Part shown: piece after piece, positions 9,994 to 19,049 of the stretch | How positions within the stretch are numbered: the first letter of the stretch is position 1 | Layout: the number at the start of each line of letters is the position of its first letter | NCBI GenBank assembly: GCA_963812205.1 | Contig: CAWEUJ010000004.1 | Coordinates: 1,257,315-1,321,314 of the forward strand | Origin: an uncultured Actinomycetes bacterium | Lineage (GTDB): Bacteria > Actinomycetota > Acidimicrobiia > IMCC26256 > PALSA-610 | DNA length: 64,000 nt | Reading direction: 5' to 3' | Program-made: the position numbers and the translations under genes | Notes under the pieces: generated by a model | Told to the model about the DNA's origin: nothing | What the model saw: the letters and a program-made list of their open reading frames with translations, nothing else | Database searches by the model: none

Positions 9994-10007
9994 TTACCGA
10001 CCGGTAA
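9994..10007. promoter_or_regulatory. Perfect inverted repeat TTACCG-AC-CGGTAA upstream of the acyl-CoA dehydrogenase gene (candidate operator)
   Basis: Read directly in a locally AT-richer stretch 27-40 nt upstream of the ACAD start. No cognate regulator is adjacent. Confidence 0.35.
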
Positions 10008-10033
10008 CATGAATCTAGAGCCTTCTCGTAAGG

Positions 10034-11263
10034 GTGGTCATGACCGACTTCACGCTCGATCTCAACGAGGATCAGCAGCAGATCCAGAAATGGGTCCACG
10101 ACTTCGCCGCCGACGTCATTCGACCCGCCGGGCCCGAATGGGACGAGCGCGAAGAGACGCCGTGGCCGATCATCGAAGAGGCCGCTCGCATCGGCCTTTA
10201 CTCGTGGGAGTTCCTCGCCAACGCGTTCAGTGACAAGACGGGGCTGACGCTCGCGCTCGTGTCGGAGGAGCTCGCCTGGGGCGACGCGGGCATCACGCTC
10301 GCGCTCCTCGGTACCAGCCTGGGTGTGTCGGGGATCGTCGGCAGCGGTACGCCCGAGCAGGTCGCGGAGTGGGTGCCGCAATGCTTCGGCACCGCCGACG
10401 ATCTGCGCATGGCCGCGTTCGCGGTGAGCGAACCCGACGCCGGCTCAGACGTGTCGGGACTGCGCACGCGCGCCGTCTACGACGAAGCCAAAGACGAGTG
10501 GGTCATCAACGGCGCGAAGACGTGGATCACCAACGGCGGCATCACCAAGGTGCCGACGATCCACGTGGTGGTCGCGTCGGTCGATCCCGAGTTGAAGAGT
10601 CGCGGTCACGCGTCGTTCGTCGTGCCCGCCGGCACGCCCGGCGTGAGCATGGGCCAGAAGTTCAAGAAGATGGGCATCCGAGCGTCACACACGGCTGAAG
10701 TCGTGTTCGACGACGTGCGCATCCCCGGCGCGTGCCTCCTCGGCGGCAAGGAGAAGCTCGACTCCCGCCTCGCGCGTGCCCGCGAGGGCAAGAGCTCGCG
10801 CGTGCAGGCCGCGATGAGCACGTTCGAAGCGTCGCGTCCGATGGTGGGCGCGCAGGCGCTCGGCATCGCCCGCGCCGCGTACGAGTACTCGCTCGACTAC
10901 GCCAAGGAACGCCAGGCCTTCGGGCGGCCGATCATCATGAACCAGGCGATCGCGTTCAAGCTCGCCGACATGAAGATGCACATCGACGCGGCCCGACTCC
11001 TCGTCTGGCGCGCGTGCTGGATGGCCGCGAACGGCAAGCAGTTCCACGCCGGCGAGGGCTCGATGTCGAAGCTGTACGCGGGCGAGACCGCAGTCAAGGT
11101 GACCGAGGACGCGATCCAGATCCTCGGCGGCGCCGGCTACGTGCGCGAGCACCCGGTCGAGCAGTGGCACCGCGACTCGAAGATCTACACGATCTTCGAG
11201 GGGACCTCGGAGATCCAGCGACTCGTCGTCGCCCGGAGCATCAGCGGCCTGCACATTCCGTAG
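10034..11263 (+). CDS. Acyl-CoA dehydrogenase family protein
   Basis: 409 aa with typical ACAD N-, middle- and C-domain pattern (...AFAVSEPDAGSDVSGL...WITNGG...YTIFEGTSEIQRLVVAR). The start is GTG 10034 or ATG 10040. Confidence 0.9.
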   Translation: MVMTDFTLDLNEDQQQIQKWVHDFAADVIRPAGPEWDEREETPWPIIEEAARIGLYSWEFLANAFSDKTGLTLALVSEELAWGDAGITLALLGTSLGVSGIVGSGTPEQVAEWVPQCFGTADDLRMAAFAVSEPDAGSDVSGLRTRAVYDEAKDEWVINGAKTWITNGGITKVPTIHVVVASVDPELKSRGHASFVVPAGTPGVSMGQKFKKMGIRASHTAEVVFDDVRIPGACLLGGKEKLDSRLARAREGKSSRVQAAMSTFEASRPMVGAQALGIARAAYEYSLDYAKERQAFGRPIIMNQAIAFKLADMKMHIDAARLLVWRACWMAANGKQFHAGEGSMSKLYAGETAVKVTEDAIQILGGAGYVREHPVEQWHRDSKIYTIFEGTSEIQRLVVARSISGLHIP

Positions 11264-11359
11264 CGACGAGCGGCCTTCAGGACCGACGAGGTACGCGCCG
11301 CCACACCGCCGTCGTTGTTCGTTCCGCTCGGCGAGTGCCGATCGACCTCGCGCTCGATG

Positions 11360-11698
11360 TCAGTCTGTGTGAGGCAACTCGGCCGCGGGACCAATCGCCG
11401 CAGGCGCGACCGACACGGGCGGTGCCGTGCTCGGAACCGTTGCGACGGGGTGCACGGAAACCTGAAGGCGAGTCGTGTGTGATGCGCGCGTGGTTGCGAC
11501 GCGTTCCGGTCGCGGCGCCACGGCAGGAGTGTCGGTCGGTGCCGGGGTGTCCGTCGTGACCGCGGGCGCTCGCACCGCAATCGTGTGTCCGTGGGTAGGA
11601 CGGTCGACCACGACCAACGCCATGACGATGCATGCCGCAATGACGGATACGAGCCACCAAGGAAATCGCTGTCGCCGGTGTTGGCGTGAGGTCGCCAT
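11360..11698 (-). CDS. Hypothetical single-pass membrane protein with a Pro/Thr/Ala-rich tail
   Basis: The internal start gives MATSRQHRRQRFPWWLVSVIAACIVMALVVV (TM helix) followed by a low-complexity PT-rich region. It is co-directional with and downstream of the cupredoxin gene. No recognisable domain. Confidence 0.35.
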   Translation of the reverse strand: MATSRQHRRQRFPWWLVSVIAACIVMALVVVDRPTHGHTIAVRAPAVTTDTPAPTDTPAVAPRPERVATTRASHTTRLQVSVHPVATVPSTAPPVSVAPAAIGPAAELPHTD

Positions 11699-11794
11699 AG
11701 CCGCACCATCCTGCACGATCCCGACCTGACGGGCAACTGTCACGGGACCGGGCAAGAACTCCCGAGGGCTGCGAGGGAGTCTGAAGGGGCGTCG

Positions 11795-12382
11795 CTACTG
11801 GACTGTGAGTTGCGCATACATCCCGGCCGCATAGTGACCGGGGAGATTGCAGATCAGTTCGTAACGACCGGGTGCGAGCGAAACGGTCAGCCAACTGGAG
11901 TCGCCGGGAGCAATCCCGTCACCGGCTCCCGGGCCGCAGCTGTTGGACGCCTCGCCGAGGCTCCCCCGCTCGTCGACGCTACCGTCGCCCAGCAGCGACC
12001 GGGTGCCGACGATCTGCTTGTCGGGCAGTGGGAGCACCAGCAGTTCGTGGTTGATCGAGCCGGCGTTGGTCGCGACGAACGAGATCGATCCGTGCGGAAC
12101 CGTCGCCGTGTCCACGCTGAGTCGCATCATTCCTCCGCGCGCGTTGCCGCCTCCCATCATCGGCCCACCGAACATCGGCCCACCGGCGTTCGTGAGCGTG
12201 ACGTGTACGACGGTTCCCGACAGGTTCGGCACCGTGCACCCTGTCGAGGGTGAAGCACCCGCGCCGAAGAAGTCGCGGTGGCGGTCGAACCCGCCCCGGG
12301 CGCCCGCGATGGCGATCGTGCTGATCGCCGCGAGCAACACCACGATGCCGGCACCGACCGCGATCACCAGAGGGCGGCGCAC
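11795..12382 (-). CDS. Membrane-anchored cupredoxin (type-1 copper site) protein
   Basis: It has the C-terminal ligand set H...CNLPGHYAAGM (Cys, His, Met) plus an upstream INHELLVLP His. There is an N-terminal TM segment (VRRPLVIAVGAGIVVLLAAISTIAIAG). The start is taken as the in-frame GTG at 12382, just after the SHOCT stop. The ORF track runs to 12571. Confidence 0.7.
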   Translation of the reverse strand: MRRPLVIAVGAGIVVLLAAISTIAIAGARGGFDRHRDFFGAGASPSTGCTVPNLSGTVVHVTLTNAGGPMFGGPMMGGGNARGGMMRLSVDTATVPHGSISFVATNAGSINHELLVLPLPDKQIVGTRSLLGDGSVDERGSLGEASNSCGPGAGDGIAPGDSSWLTVSLAPGRYELICNLPGHYAAGMYAQLTVQ

Positions 12383-12386
12383 GATG

Positions 12387-12629
12387 TCAACGCCCCCGGA
12401 GCAGGTCGCGTCGGCGGGTGTACTCGTCGGCGTCGATCTCGCCACGCGCGAAGCGCTCGTCGAGAATCCGTGTCGCGTCGTCGTGCGGTCGCGCGCTCGG
12501 GCCGGCCCCGTGTCCGTGGTCGGTGCGCACCAGGGCAATGATCGCCGCGACGACGATCGCCCAGAAGACAACCATCACGAACGCCATCGCCACCCATGCG
12601 CCTGCACCCCAACTGTCATGCCACCTCAT
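12387..12629 (-). CDS. SHOCT-domain small membrane protein
   Basis: 80 aa. It has an N-terminal TM helix and a C-terminal ILDERFARGEIDADEYTRRRDLL, which is the SHOCT motif. Confidence 0.7.
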   Translation of the reverse strand: MRWHDSWGAGAWVAMAFVMVVFWAIVVAAIIALVRTDHGHGAGPSARPHDDATRILDERFARGEIDADEYTRRRDLLRGR

Positions 12630-12728
12630 ACGTCACGCCACCTCCGGTTACCAGCGTGCATCGGCTCGTGCATCGGGGGACAGGGGCCAAGGTCCCTTGC
12701 ATCGATGCGTTTCGACACGGTGGCCGCC

Positions 12729-14135
12729 TCAGCCGCGGGCGCAGGACGCGCCGAGAGTGCGATCGTCGTTGGTCCACCCGGGCGACTGGGTATCGGGCCA
12801 GTAGTCGCCGGTGTGCTCGTCTTGTCGGTAGCCGACCGGTGCGGGCGAACCGCCGGCGAGTTCGGTGATGGCCTCGATGAGGCGGTCGATGTCGGCGGGA
12901 GAAGTCGAGATGCCCGCGCTGGCTCGTACGGCGCCGGGCATCTCACGCCGGTCGTGGCGCAGGACCGCTTGGCGATACGCGTTCACTTCGTCGGCGGGGA
13001 GGTCGAGCAGGCGGAGCAGGTAGGGGTGCGCGCAGAAGCAGCCGTGCCGGACCCCGATGCCGTACTCCGCGCTGAGTCGAGCCGCGACGAGCGCGTGATG
13101 CATGCCATCGATGATGAACGTCGCGAGCGGCAACGTCTCCGTTTCGAGACCGGGCCCGAGCAGGCGGACGCCGGGTATCGCGCTGAGTCCGGAGCGGAGT
13201 TGCGCCGACAGTCCGCGGTCGTGTTGCTCGATCCAGGCCCACCCGATGCGTTCGATCTCGTCGATCGCCGCGTGCAGCGCGACCGCACCGACGACGTTCG
13301 GTGAGCCGGCCTCTTCGCGTTCGGGTGGGTCGGTCCAGACGACCTCTTCGAGGTCGACCAGATCGACTGCGCCGCCGCCGGCCAAGAATGGGTCTCCGTC
13401 GGCGAAGGCGCGACGCGGGCCGACGAGCGCGCCCGCGCCGAACGGTGCGTACATCTTGTGGCCGCTCCACGCGACGAAGTCGACCGAGGCCGGCAGGGCC
13501 CGATGGGGTGCGACTTGCGCGGCGTCGAGGAACACCGGAATGCCGCGTTCGTGCGCGGCGGTGACGATGTCGTCGATCGGCGGGAGCCAGCCCGTGACGT
13601 TCGACGCGCCGGTGATGGCCAAGAGCTTGGGTCGCGGTGTGACATCGAGCGCGGCGACGACCGCGTCGGTCCCGAAGGTTCCCTCGGGTGCACACTCGAC
13701 GAACCGCGGGCGGCTCGCGCGCGCCCACGGCAGGAGGTTTGCGTGGTGCTCGACCACGGTCGTGACCACGACGTCGTCCGGGCCGAGCCGGAGTCGGTAC
13801 GCGAGGTGATTGATCGCCTCGGTCGTGTTCCGGCAGATGATCGCGATGTCGTCGCCGTCTGCGGGCCGCCCCGCGAATCGGAGCATGGCCGATCGCGCTT
13901 GTTCGTACGCGTTCGTCGCGGTTCGCGACTTGTAGCCGGCGCCGCGGTGCACGCTCGAGTACCACGGCATGAAATCGTTCACCCGGGCGGCAACGGCCGG
14001 GAGCGCGCTCGTGGATGCCGCCGCGTCGAGATTGAGGTAGCGGCGCGCGACACCGTCGACGCACGGGACCTCCACGTCGTCACCCATGAGCTCGATCGGG
14101 AGTGTCGACTCGCCGCTGTCGGCGGGACCTGACAT
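12729..14135 (-). CDS. Aminotransferase class V (cysteine desulfurase-like, PLP-dependent)
   Basis: The internal start MSGPADSG shares its A with the stop of the upstream methyltransferase gene (TGATG). It has the fold-type I pattern and SGHKMYAPFGAGAL (PLP lysine). Confidence 0.8.
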   Translation of the reverse strand: MSGPADSGESTLPIELMGDDVEVPCVDGVARRYLNLDAAASTSALPAVAARVNDFMPWYSSVHRGAGYKSRTATNAYEQARSAMLRFAGRPADGDDIAIICRNTTEAINHLAYRLRLGPDDVVVTTVVEHHANLLPWARASRPRFVECAPEGTFGTDAVVAALDVTPRPKLLAITGASNVTGWLPPIDDIVTAAHERGIPVFLDAAQVAPHRALPASVDFVAWSGHKMYAPFGAGALVGPRRAFADGDPFLAGGGAVDLVDLEEVVWTDPPEREEAGSPNVVGAVALHAAIDEIERIGWAWIEQHDRGLSAQLRSGLSAIPGVRLLGPGLETETLPLATFIIDGMHHALVAARLSAEYGIGVRHGCFCAHPYLLRLLDLPADEVNAYRQAVLRHDRREMPGAVRASAGISTSPADIDRLIEAITELAGGSPAPVGYRQDEHTGDYWPDTQSPGWTNDDRTLGASCARG

Positions 14136-14743
14136 CACCGCGCTCCGGTCGGTCGAGTTGCTCGTACGAGTACGTCGATCGCCGTCTTCTCGCCGTCGTC
14201 GGTCTGCACGGGACGCGCGACGCGCGCCGCCTTCACGACCTCGAGCCCTTCGATCGCGGCGGTGACGTCGTCGGGTCCGTACAGCACCGCCGAGTCTTGG
14301 GGGCCTCCCCAACCCTCGGTCGGGTTCGTGATGTCGTGGCCGACCACGAGCAGCGTTCCGCCCGGTGCGACCGCGTCGGCGGCATGCCGCAACGCTCGCG
14401 AGATCGCCGTTCCCGGAAGATGCAGGTACATGACGATCACCAGGTCGAAGCCGGCCGCGGTCGGCGCGTACTCGGTGACGTCGGCGGTTTCCCATCGCAC
14501 CGATACGCCTCGCGCCTCGGCAAGGCGGTGCGCCTTGCCGAGACCGACGGCGGAGAAGTCGACACCGGTCACATTCCAGCCGCGTTCGGCGAGCCAGACC
14601 GCGTTGCGCCCTTCGCCGCACGCGAGATCGAGCGCGCGGCCGGGCGCGAGCCCTTCGACCTCGGCAACGAGGAACCGGTTCGGCTCAGCCGTCCACACCA
14701 GCTCGTCACCGGCGTAGCGCTCGTCCCATGCGTTGTGATCCAT
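14135..14743 (-). CDS. Class I SAM-dependent methyltransferase (TehB/TPMT-like)
   Basis: The start MDHNAWDERY overlaps the upstream stop (TGATG). It has the SAM motif I LDLACGEGRNAVWLAERGWNVTGVDFS and resembles the tellurite/thiopurine methyltransferase type. Confidence 0.75.
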   Translation of the reverse strand: MDHNAWDERYAGDELVWTAEPNRFLVAEVEGLAPGRALDLACGEGRNAVWLAERGWNVTGVDFSAVGLGKAHRLAEARGVSVRWETADVTEYAPTAAGFDLVIVMYLHLPGTAISRALRHAADAVAPGGTLLVVGHDITNPTEGWGGPQDSAVLYGPDDVTAAIEGLEVVKAARVARPVQTDDGEKTAIDVLVRATRPTGAR

Positions 14744-15093
14744 CACGACACCACGGGCGGAACGAACTCGTCGAATGCGGCCAACGCCCGCGGCCCGTAC
14801 ACGCTCGCCGGTCCGCCGCCCATGAGCAGGCTGACGGCCAGCACCTCGACCACTTCCTCGCGGCTCGCGCCCTTCTTCGCCGCACCTCGGGCGTGGTACG
14901 CGATGCACCCGTCGCACTGCTGGGAGACCGCGATCGCGAGTGCGACGAGCTCTTTGACGTGCGCGGGAAGTCGGCCGGGCGCGAGTGCCTTCTCGTGCAG
15001 CGCGCTGAAGTCGGCCCAGGCTTCGGGGATTGCATGTCGCAGCTCGCGCGTGGGTTCTCGGAGCTCGGATATGACGTCGTGGAAATGGGCCAT
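14743..15093 (-). CDS. Carboxymuconolactone decarboxylase family (AhpD-like) protein with a CxxC motif
   Basis: 116 aa. It has KELVALAIAVSQQCDGCIAYHARGA, the AhpD-like CxxC signature. Confidence 0.8.
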   Translation of the reverse strand: MAHFHDVISELREPTRELRHAIPEAWADFSALHEKALAPGRLPAHVKELVALAIAVSQQCDGCIAYHARGAAKKGASREEVVEVLAVSLLMGGGPASVYGPRALAAFDEFVPPVVS

Positions 15094-15129
15094 GGTGACG
15101 GACTCCTCTGCTTCAGCGACGCGTACTCG

Positions 15130-15399
15130 TCACGAGCTGCATCGTGGTGTGATCCCGAATCGCCGTGCAATCAGCGACGCCGGGCAGTTGCCGACCGCGA
15201 CGAAGATCCACTGGTTGATCCCCACGAAGGTAGTGAGCAGCAAGAACCAGGGGCTGACGGTCGCGGCGAGCAGAACGCTGAGCAATGTCATCGTTCCCGC
15301 CAGCGCGAAGAGGACTCGTTCGAGGGGCCACCTCGGAGCAACCGGCGAGTTGGGCCGGTGCGCGTCGGTGGCGGTGTCGAGTTCGGACAGGTGAGCCAT
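15130..15399 (-). CDS. DUF2892 (YgaP C-terminal-like) small membrane protein
   Basis: The internal start is MAHLSELD. It has two hydrophobic helices and the conserved ...GINQWIFVAVGNCPASLI pattern. Confidence 0.65.
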   Translation of the reverse strand: MAHLSELDTATDAHRPNSPVAPRWPLERVLFALAGTMTLLSVLLAATVSPWFLLLTTFVGINQWIFVAVGNCPASLIARRFGITPRCSS

Positions 15400-15421
15400 C
15401 GTGGATCCCTCCGTGGGTCGG

Positions 15422-17590
15422 TCAGTGACTGAAGTGGATATTGGGGAGGATGCGCTCGAGCCAGCGCGGGAGATACCAGTTGCGATCCCCGATGAGCGCC
15501 ATCGTCGCGGGGACGAGGAGTACCCGGACCACGGTTGCATCGAGGAGGACCGCCATCGCCAGGGTGAGGCCGAGCTCGGTCGGCGGTATGGGTCCGGTGA
15601 TGCCGAACGCGATGAACACGATGATCATGATCAACGCCGCGTTGGTGATGGGTCGACCGGTGCGGGCGATCCCTTCGCCGATGGCCCGGCGGGTGTCGCC
15701 GGTGGCTTCGTACCGTTCGCGGATCGCGGCGAGCAAGAAGAGCTGGTAGTCCATCGACAGGCCGAACAACAGAGCGAAGAAGAACAGTGGTGCCCAAGCG
15801 TCGACGAACGGTTGGTGCTGTATGCCGAGCAGCCCGGTACCGAAGCCGTGTTGGAAGACGAGGGTCGCGAACCCGAAGGCGGCGCCGACGGTCAGCAGGT
15901 TCATCAGGATCGAGGTGACCGCGATGACGAGGCTGCGGAAGACGATGAGCAGGAGAAGGAACGCGACGATCAGGATGATGCCGATCGCGTATGGAGCACG
16001 TCCGGTGAGCACCGCCGTGAGATCGCGGTTCTGCGCGGCCGGACCACCCACCTGCGCGCTGGGAACGGCCGTGGCGAGGCGGGCGCGCAACGTGTTGACG
16101 AGCGTTGCCGTGTGGGAGTCGTCGACCGGGGTCGAGCCGGTGACGCGTACGACGACGCGGCCCGTCGCTGCGGGCGCGGTGACGACGCGCGCATCGACCA
16201 CGCCCGCTACTGCGGCGGAGGTCCGGATGACGCCAGCCGCGTCGCCCGCCGGCGTGGTGACGAACGCCGGCGCTGCGGCACCGGGACCGAACGCGCCGAC
16301 CAGCATGTCGTAGCCGTCGCGGCTCGTGTTGCCCTTGTCGACCACGTGCGCGCCGGGCATGCCGAGATGCATACCGAGCGCGGGGGCGATGAGCGCGCCG
16401 AGCATGACGAGGCCGATGGCCAGCACCATCGCCGGTCGGCGCAGTGCAACGCCGGTCCACCGTTGCCAGCGGCTCTCGGCGGTGATGTCGGGATCCTCTG
16501 TGTTCTTGCGGACGAGCACGCGGTCGCCGAGACCGACGAGGAGCGCGGGCAACAGTGTGAGCGATGCCAGTGCGACGGCGACGACCGACAGGATCATCCC
16601 GAGCGCCATGGACCGGAAGACCATGACCGGGACGATGAATACCGCGGCGAGGGCCATGACGACGGTCAGCGCGGAGAGGAACACGGCCTTACCGGCCGTC
16701 GACATGGTGTTCTCGATCGCGGTGATCGCGTCCTTGCCTTCGGCGCGTTCCTCGCGGTAGCGACTGACGATGAACAAGCTGTAGTCGATGCCGACCGCCA
16801 GGCCGATCATCATCGAGAAGTTCATCGACCACACCGACAGCGGTGTGAACCATCCGAGGATGTGCAACAGCGCGAACCCGACGGCGATGCCGGCCAGCGC
16901 GAGCACCAACGGGAGGCCCGCCGCGATCAGCATGCCGAAGGCGACGAAGAGCAAGATCATCGTGGGTAGGCCGCTCACGAGCTCTGCCTTGTGCAGCGCC
17001 TCGGCGTTGATCTTGTTGAAGTCGCTCCAGACCGGCCATTCGCCGGTCACCTCTGCACGCGCGCCCGGAACCAGCGTCAGCTTGTGTACGTACGACCCGA
17101 GCTCACCTGCGGCGGCGGGTCGGTCTGCGTCTTTGTGCACGACCTGCGCGACCGGGATGAGCGCGGTGTGCCCGTCGGGTGATATCAGGCCGGCCGACGC
17201 CGGCAATGTGAGTGGGTTGGCGACGCCATTCGCGCGCGGCGCGTGCGCCAGCTGCGCCACGAGCTGCTGGAGCGGTGCCGGGTTCGTCGCGATCGGAGCC
17301 GCCTGGTGGTAGACGACGACCGGGTCTTCCGCTCCGAGTTGGGGGAAGTCACGGCGGATCTCGTCGCGCACCCGTTGCGCGGTCGAGCCCTGGGCCTCCC
17401 ACCCGGCACCGGAAAGCGCGCCGGTGAGCGTCAGCGCGAGGGGTGCGGCGGCGAACGCGAGGAGCAGCCAGACCGTGATGACGCTGCGCCGGCGGCGTGC
17501 CGAGAATGCCGCGAGGCGCGAGAACAGCGCCTTCGGGTCGGGCGGTCCCGACGGTTCGTGTCCGGTGACGATGTCGTGTGTGACGGTCAT
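15422..17590 (-). CDS. MMPL family (RND superfamily) transporter
   Basis: 722 aa from MTVTHDIV. It has 12-TM MMPL architecture with duplicated ...GIDYSLFIVSRYREE / GLSMDYQLFLLAAIRE motifs. Confidence 0.85.
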   Translation of the reverse strand: MTVTHDIVTGHEPSGPPDPKALFSRLAAFSARRRRSVITVWLLLAFAAAPLALTLTGALSGAGWEAQGSTAQRVRDEIRRDFPQLGAEDPVVVYHQAAPIATNPAPLQQLVAQLAHAPRANGVANPLTLPASAGLISPDGHTALIPVAQVVHKDADRPAAAGELGSYVHKLTLVPGARAEVTGEWPVWSDFNKINAEALHKAELVSGLPTMILLFVAFGMLIAAGLPLVLALAGIAVGFALLHILGWFTPLSVWSMNFSMMIGLAVGIDYSLFIVSRYREERAEGKDAITAIENTMSTAGKAVFLSALTVVMALAAVFIVPVMVFRSMALGMILSVVAVALASLTLLPALLVGLGDRVLVRKNTEDPDITAESRWQRWTGVALRRPAMVLAIGLVMLGALIAPALGMHLGMPGAHVVDKGNTSRDGYDMLVGAFGPGAAAPAFVTTPAGDAAGVIRTSAAVAGVVDARVVTAPAATGRVVVRVTGSTPVDDSHTATLVNTLRARLATAVPSAQVGGPAAQNRDLTAVLTGRAPYAIGIILIVAFLLLLIVFRSLVIAVTSILMNLLTVGAAFGFATLVFQHGFGTGLLGIQHQPFVDAWAPLFFFALLFGLSMDYQLFLLAAIRERYEATGDTRRAIGEGIARTGRPITNAALIMIIVFIAFGITGPIPPTELGLTLAMAVLLDATVVRVLLVPATMALIGDRNWYLPRWLERILPNIHFSH

Positions 17591-17607
17591 GGCGGTTGCT
17601 CCTGGAA

Positions 17608-18360
17608 CTAGAAGACGAGGCGGTAAGCGACGAACCAAAGCGAGAATGCGACGAGCAGCACGCCGAAGGCGCGTTGGAGGTGTTCGGTACGAATGTGTTG
17701 AGCCCGGTGACTCATCGCCCACGACGCGGGAACCGAGCCCAGGGCGAACACGAGCGCGGCCGCCCAGTCGATGTGGCCGAGAGCCCAATGCGTGATGAGC
17801 GTCGGGACCGTCAGTGCGGCGATGACGACGAGGCTCGTTCCCGACGCTTGGCGCATCGACAGGCCGAGGACGAGCAGGTACGCCGGGACGAGCAGGAAGC
17901 CGCCCCCGTTCGCGAGCAACCCGGTGAACAACCCGACCGCCGCCGCGATCGCGGTGATCAGCACCGGCCGGTCACGGCGAGCGGAGCCGGCCGCGAGGCT
18001 CGCGGCCGAGATCGGGCGCAGGACGCGCACACCGACGACGCCGAGCACGACGCCCGACGCGACGAGCAGGGCAGGACCACCGACCACTCGTGACAGGAGA
18101 GCCCCGACGATCGTCGCGGGGATGCCGCCGATGAGCGACCACCGGGCCACGTCGGCGTCGACCTCGCCGCGGCGTGCGTACTGTCGCGCACCTGCGAGCG
18201 CGGCCGGAATCGTCGCCGGCAGAGGCGACGCGATCGCGGCGAAGCCCGACAGCCCCAACAGCGACATGATCGGGGTCGCGAAGGAGGAGCCGCCGACGCC
18301 GAACAGACCGAAGAGCGCGCCGACCACCAGTCCTGCGACTCCGACTCCCGCCAGTTGCAC
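17608..18360 (-). CDS. TauE/SafE (DUF81) sulfite-exporter family membrane protein
   Basis: It shows a Gly-rich multi-TM pattern (GLFGVGGSSFATPIM...GLLANGGGFLLVPAYL). The start is taken as the in-frame GTG at 18360, after the DUF302 stop at 18371. Confidence 0.8.
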   Translation of the reverse strand: MQLAGVGVAGLVVGALFGLFGVGGSSFATPIMSLLGLSGFAAIASPLPATIPAALAGARQYARRGEVDADVARWSLIGGIPATIVGALLSRVVGGPALLVASGVVLGVVGVRVLRPISAASLAAGSARRDRPVLITAIAAAVGLFTGLLANGGGFLLVPAYLLVLGLSMRQASGTSLVVIAALTVPTLITHWALGHIDWAAALVFALGSVPASWAMSHRAQHIRTEHLQRAFGVLLVAFSLWFVAYRLVF

Positions 18361-18370
18361 GAAGTGCCCT

Positions 18371-18766
18371 TCAGCCGGCGGCGCGAACGCCGAGGACGTC
18401 GACGGCCGCTTGCAGCTTGCCGGCGGCCTCGTCGGCGAGGTCGCGAAAGCGCGGATCGTCCATGAGTTCGAGCGGGTCGACGATCCGCACGCGCGTTCCG
18501 CCCTCGGTCGACTCGAGCACGACGTTGCACGGCAGGAGGAGCGCGACCGACGGGTCGATCTCGAGCGCACGGTGCGCGAGGGTGGGATTGCACGCGCCGA
18601 GGATCTTCAGCGGCGGGCGATCGACGCCCAGCTTCGCTTTCAACGTCGCGGCGACGTCGATCTCGGTGAGTACGCCGAAGCCCTGCGCACCGAGCGACTC
18701 GCGGATCGCGTGCTCGGCATCGGCGAGGGTCATCGCCACGGTGGTCTCGAAGGAGCGCATCATCAT
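18371..18766 (-). CDS. DUF302 domain protein
   Basis: The start MMMRSFETTV overlaps the CsoR-like stop (ATGA). GFGVLTEIDV...KILGACNP...LPCNVVL is the DUF302 signature. Confidence 0.8.
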   Translation of the reverse strand: MMMRSFETTVAMTLADAEHAIRESLGAQGFGVLTEIDVAATLKAKLGVDRPPLKILGACNPTLAHRALEIDPSVALLLPCNVVLESTEGGTRVRIVDPLELMDDPRFRDLADEAAGKLQAAVDVLGVRAAG

Positions 18767-19032
18767 GCCAACTTCAAGAACATGCGCTCGACGTCGTCGA
18801 GCGCGTAACCGTCTGCTTCGGCTTCTTCGGGTCGCTCGACGCAAAACGCGAGCCCGGCCGCGACCAACTTGAAGCCGGCCTGTTCGAGCGCTTTCGTCGC
18901 AGCCGAGATCTGGACCACGACCTCGCGACATTCACGCCCTTCCGACAGCATGCGCTCGACTGCTTGCACCTGGCCCGCGGCGCGCCGTAGTCGCTTGCGG
19001 ACGTCGTCGACGACGTTCTCGGGAATCTCCAT
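18763..19032 (-). CDS. CsoR/RcnR (DUF156) family repressor, CstR-like (two Cys, no His ligand)
   Basis: 89 aa from MEIPENVVDDVRKRLRRAAGQVQAVERML, with AAGGAGGA RBS upstream. Cys35 and Cys64 are present, but the position four residues before Cys64 is Gly rather than the Cu(I)-ligand His of CsoR. Confidence 0.8.
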   Translation of the reverse strand: MEIPENVVDDVRKRLRRAAGQVQAVERMLSEGRECREVVVQISAATKALEQAGFKLVAAGLAFCVERPEEAEADGYALDDVERMFLKLA

Positions 19033-19049
19033 CGGGTCCTCCTTGCCGC

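Noticed and set aside
15288-16969. Several 390-520-aa ORFs (15288..16460 minus strand, 15401..16969 plus strand) overlapping the first MMPL gene
   Set aside because: These are shadow ORFs with Arg/Asp/Gly-rich composition. The MMPL frame explains the region.
18763-19032. Reading the CsoR-family gene as a copper sensor controlling the nearby cupredoxin and MCO genes
   Set aside because: The His ligand of the Cu(I) C-H-C triad is replaced by Gly. The gene also sits inside a rhodanese/persulfide-dioxygenase/TauE operon rather than next to copA/copZ, so the sulfur-sensing CstR-like interpretation fits better. This remains an inference.
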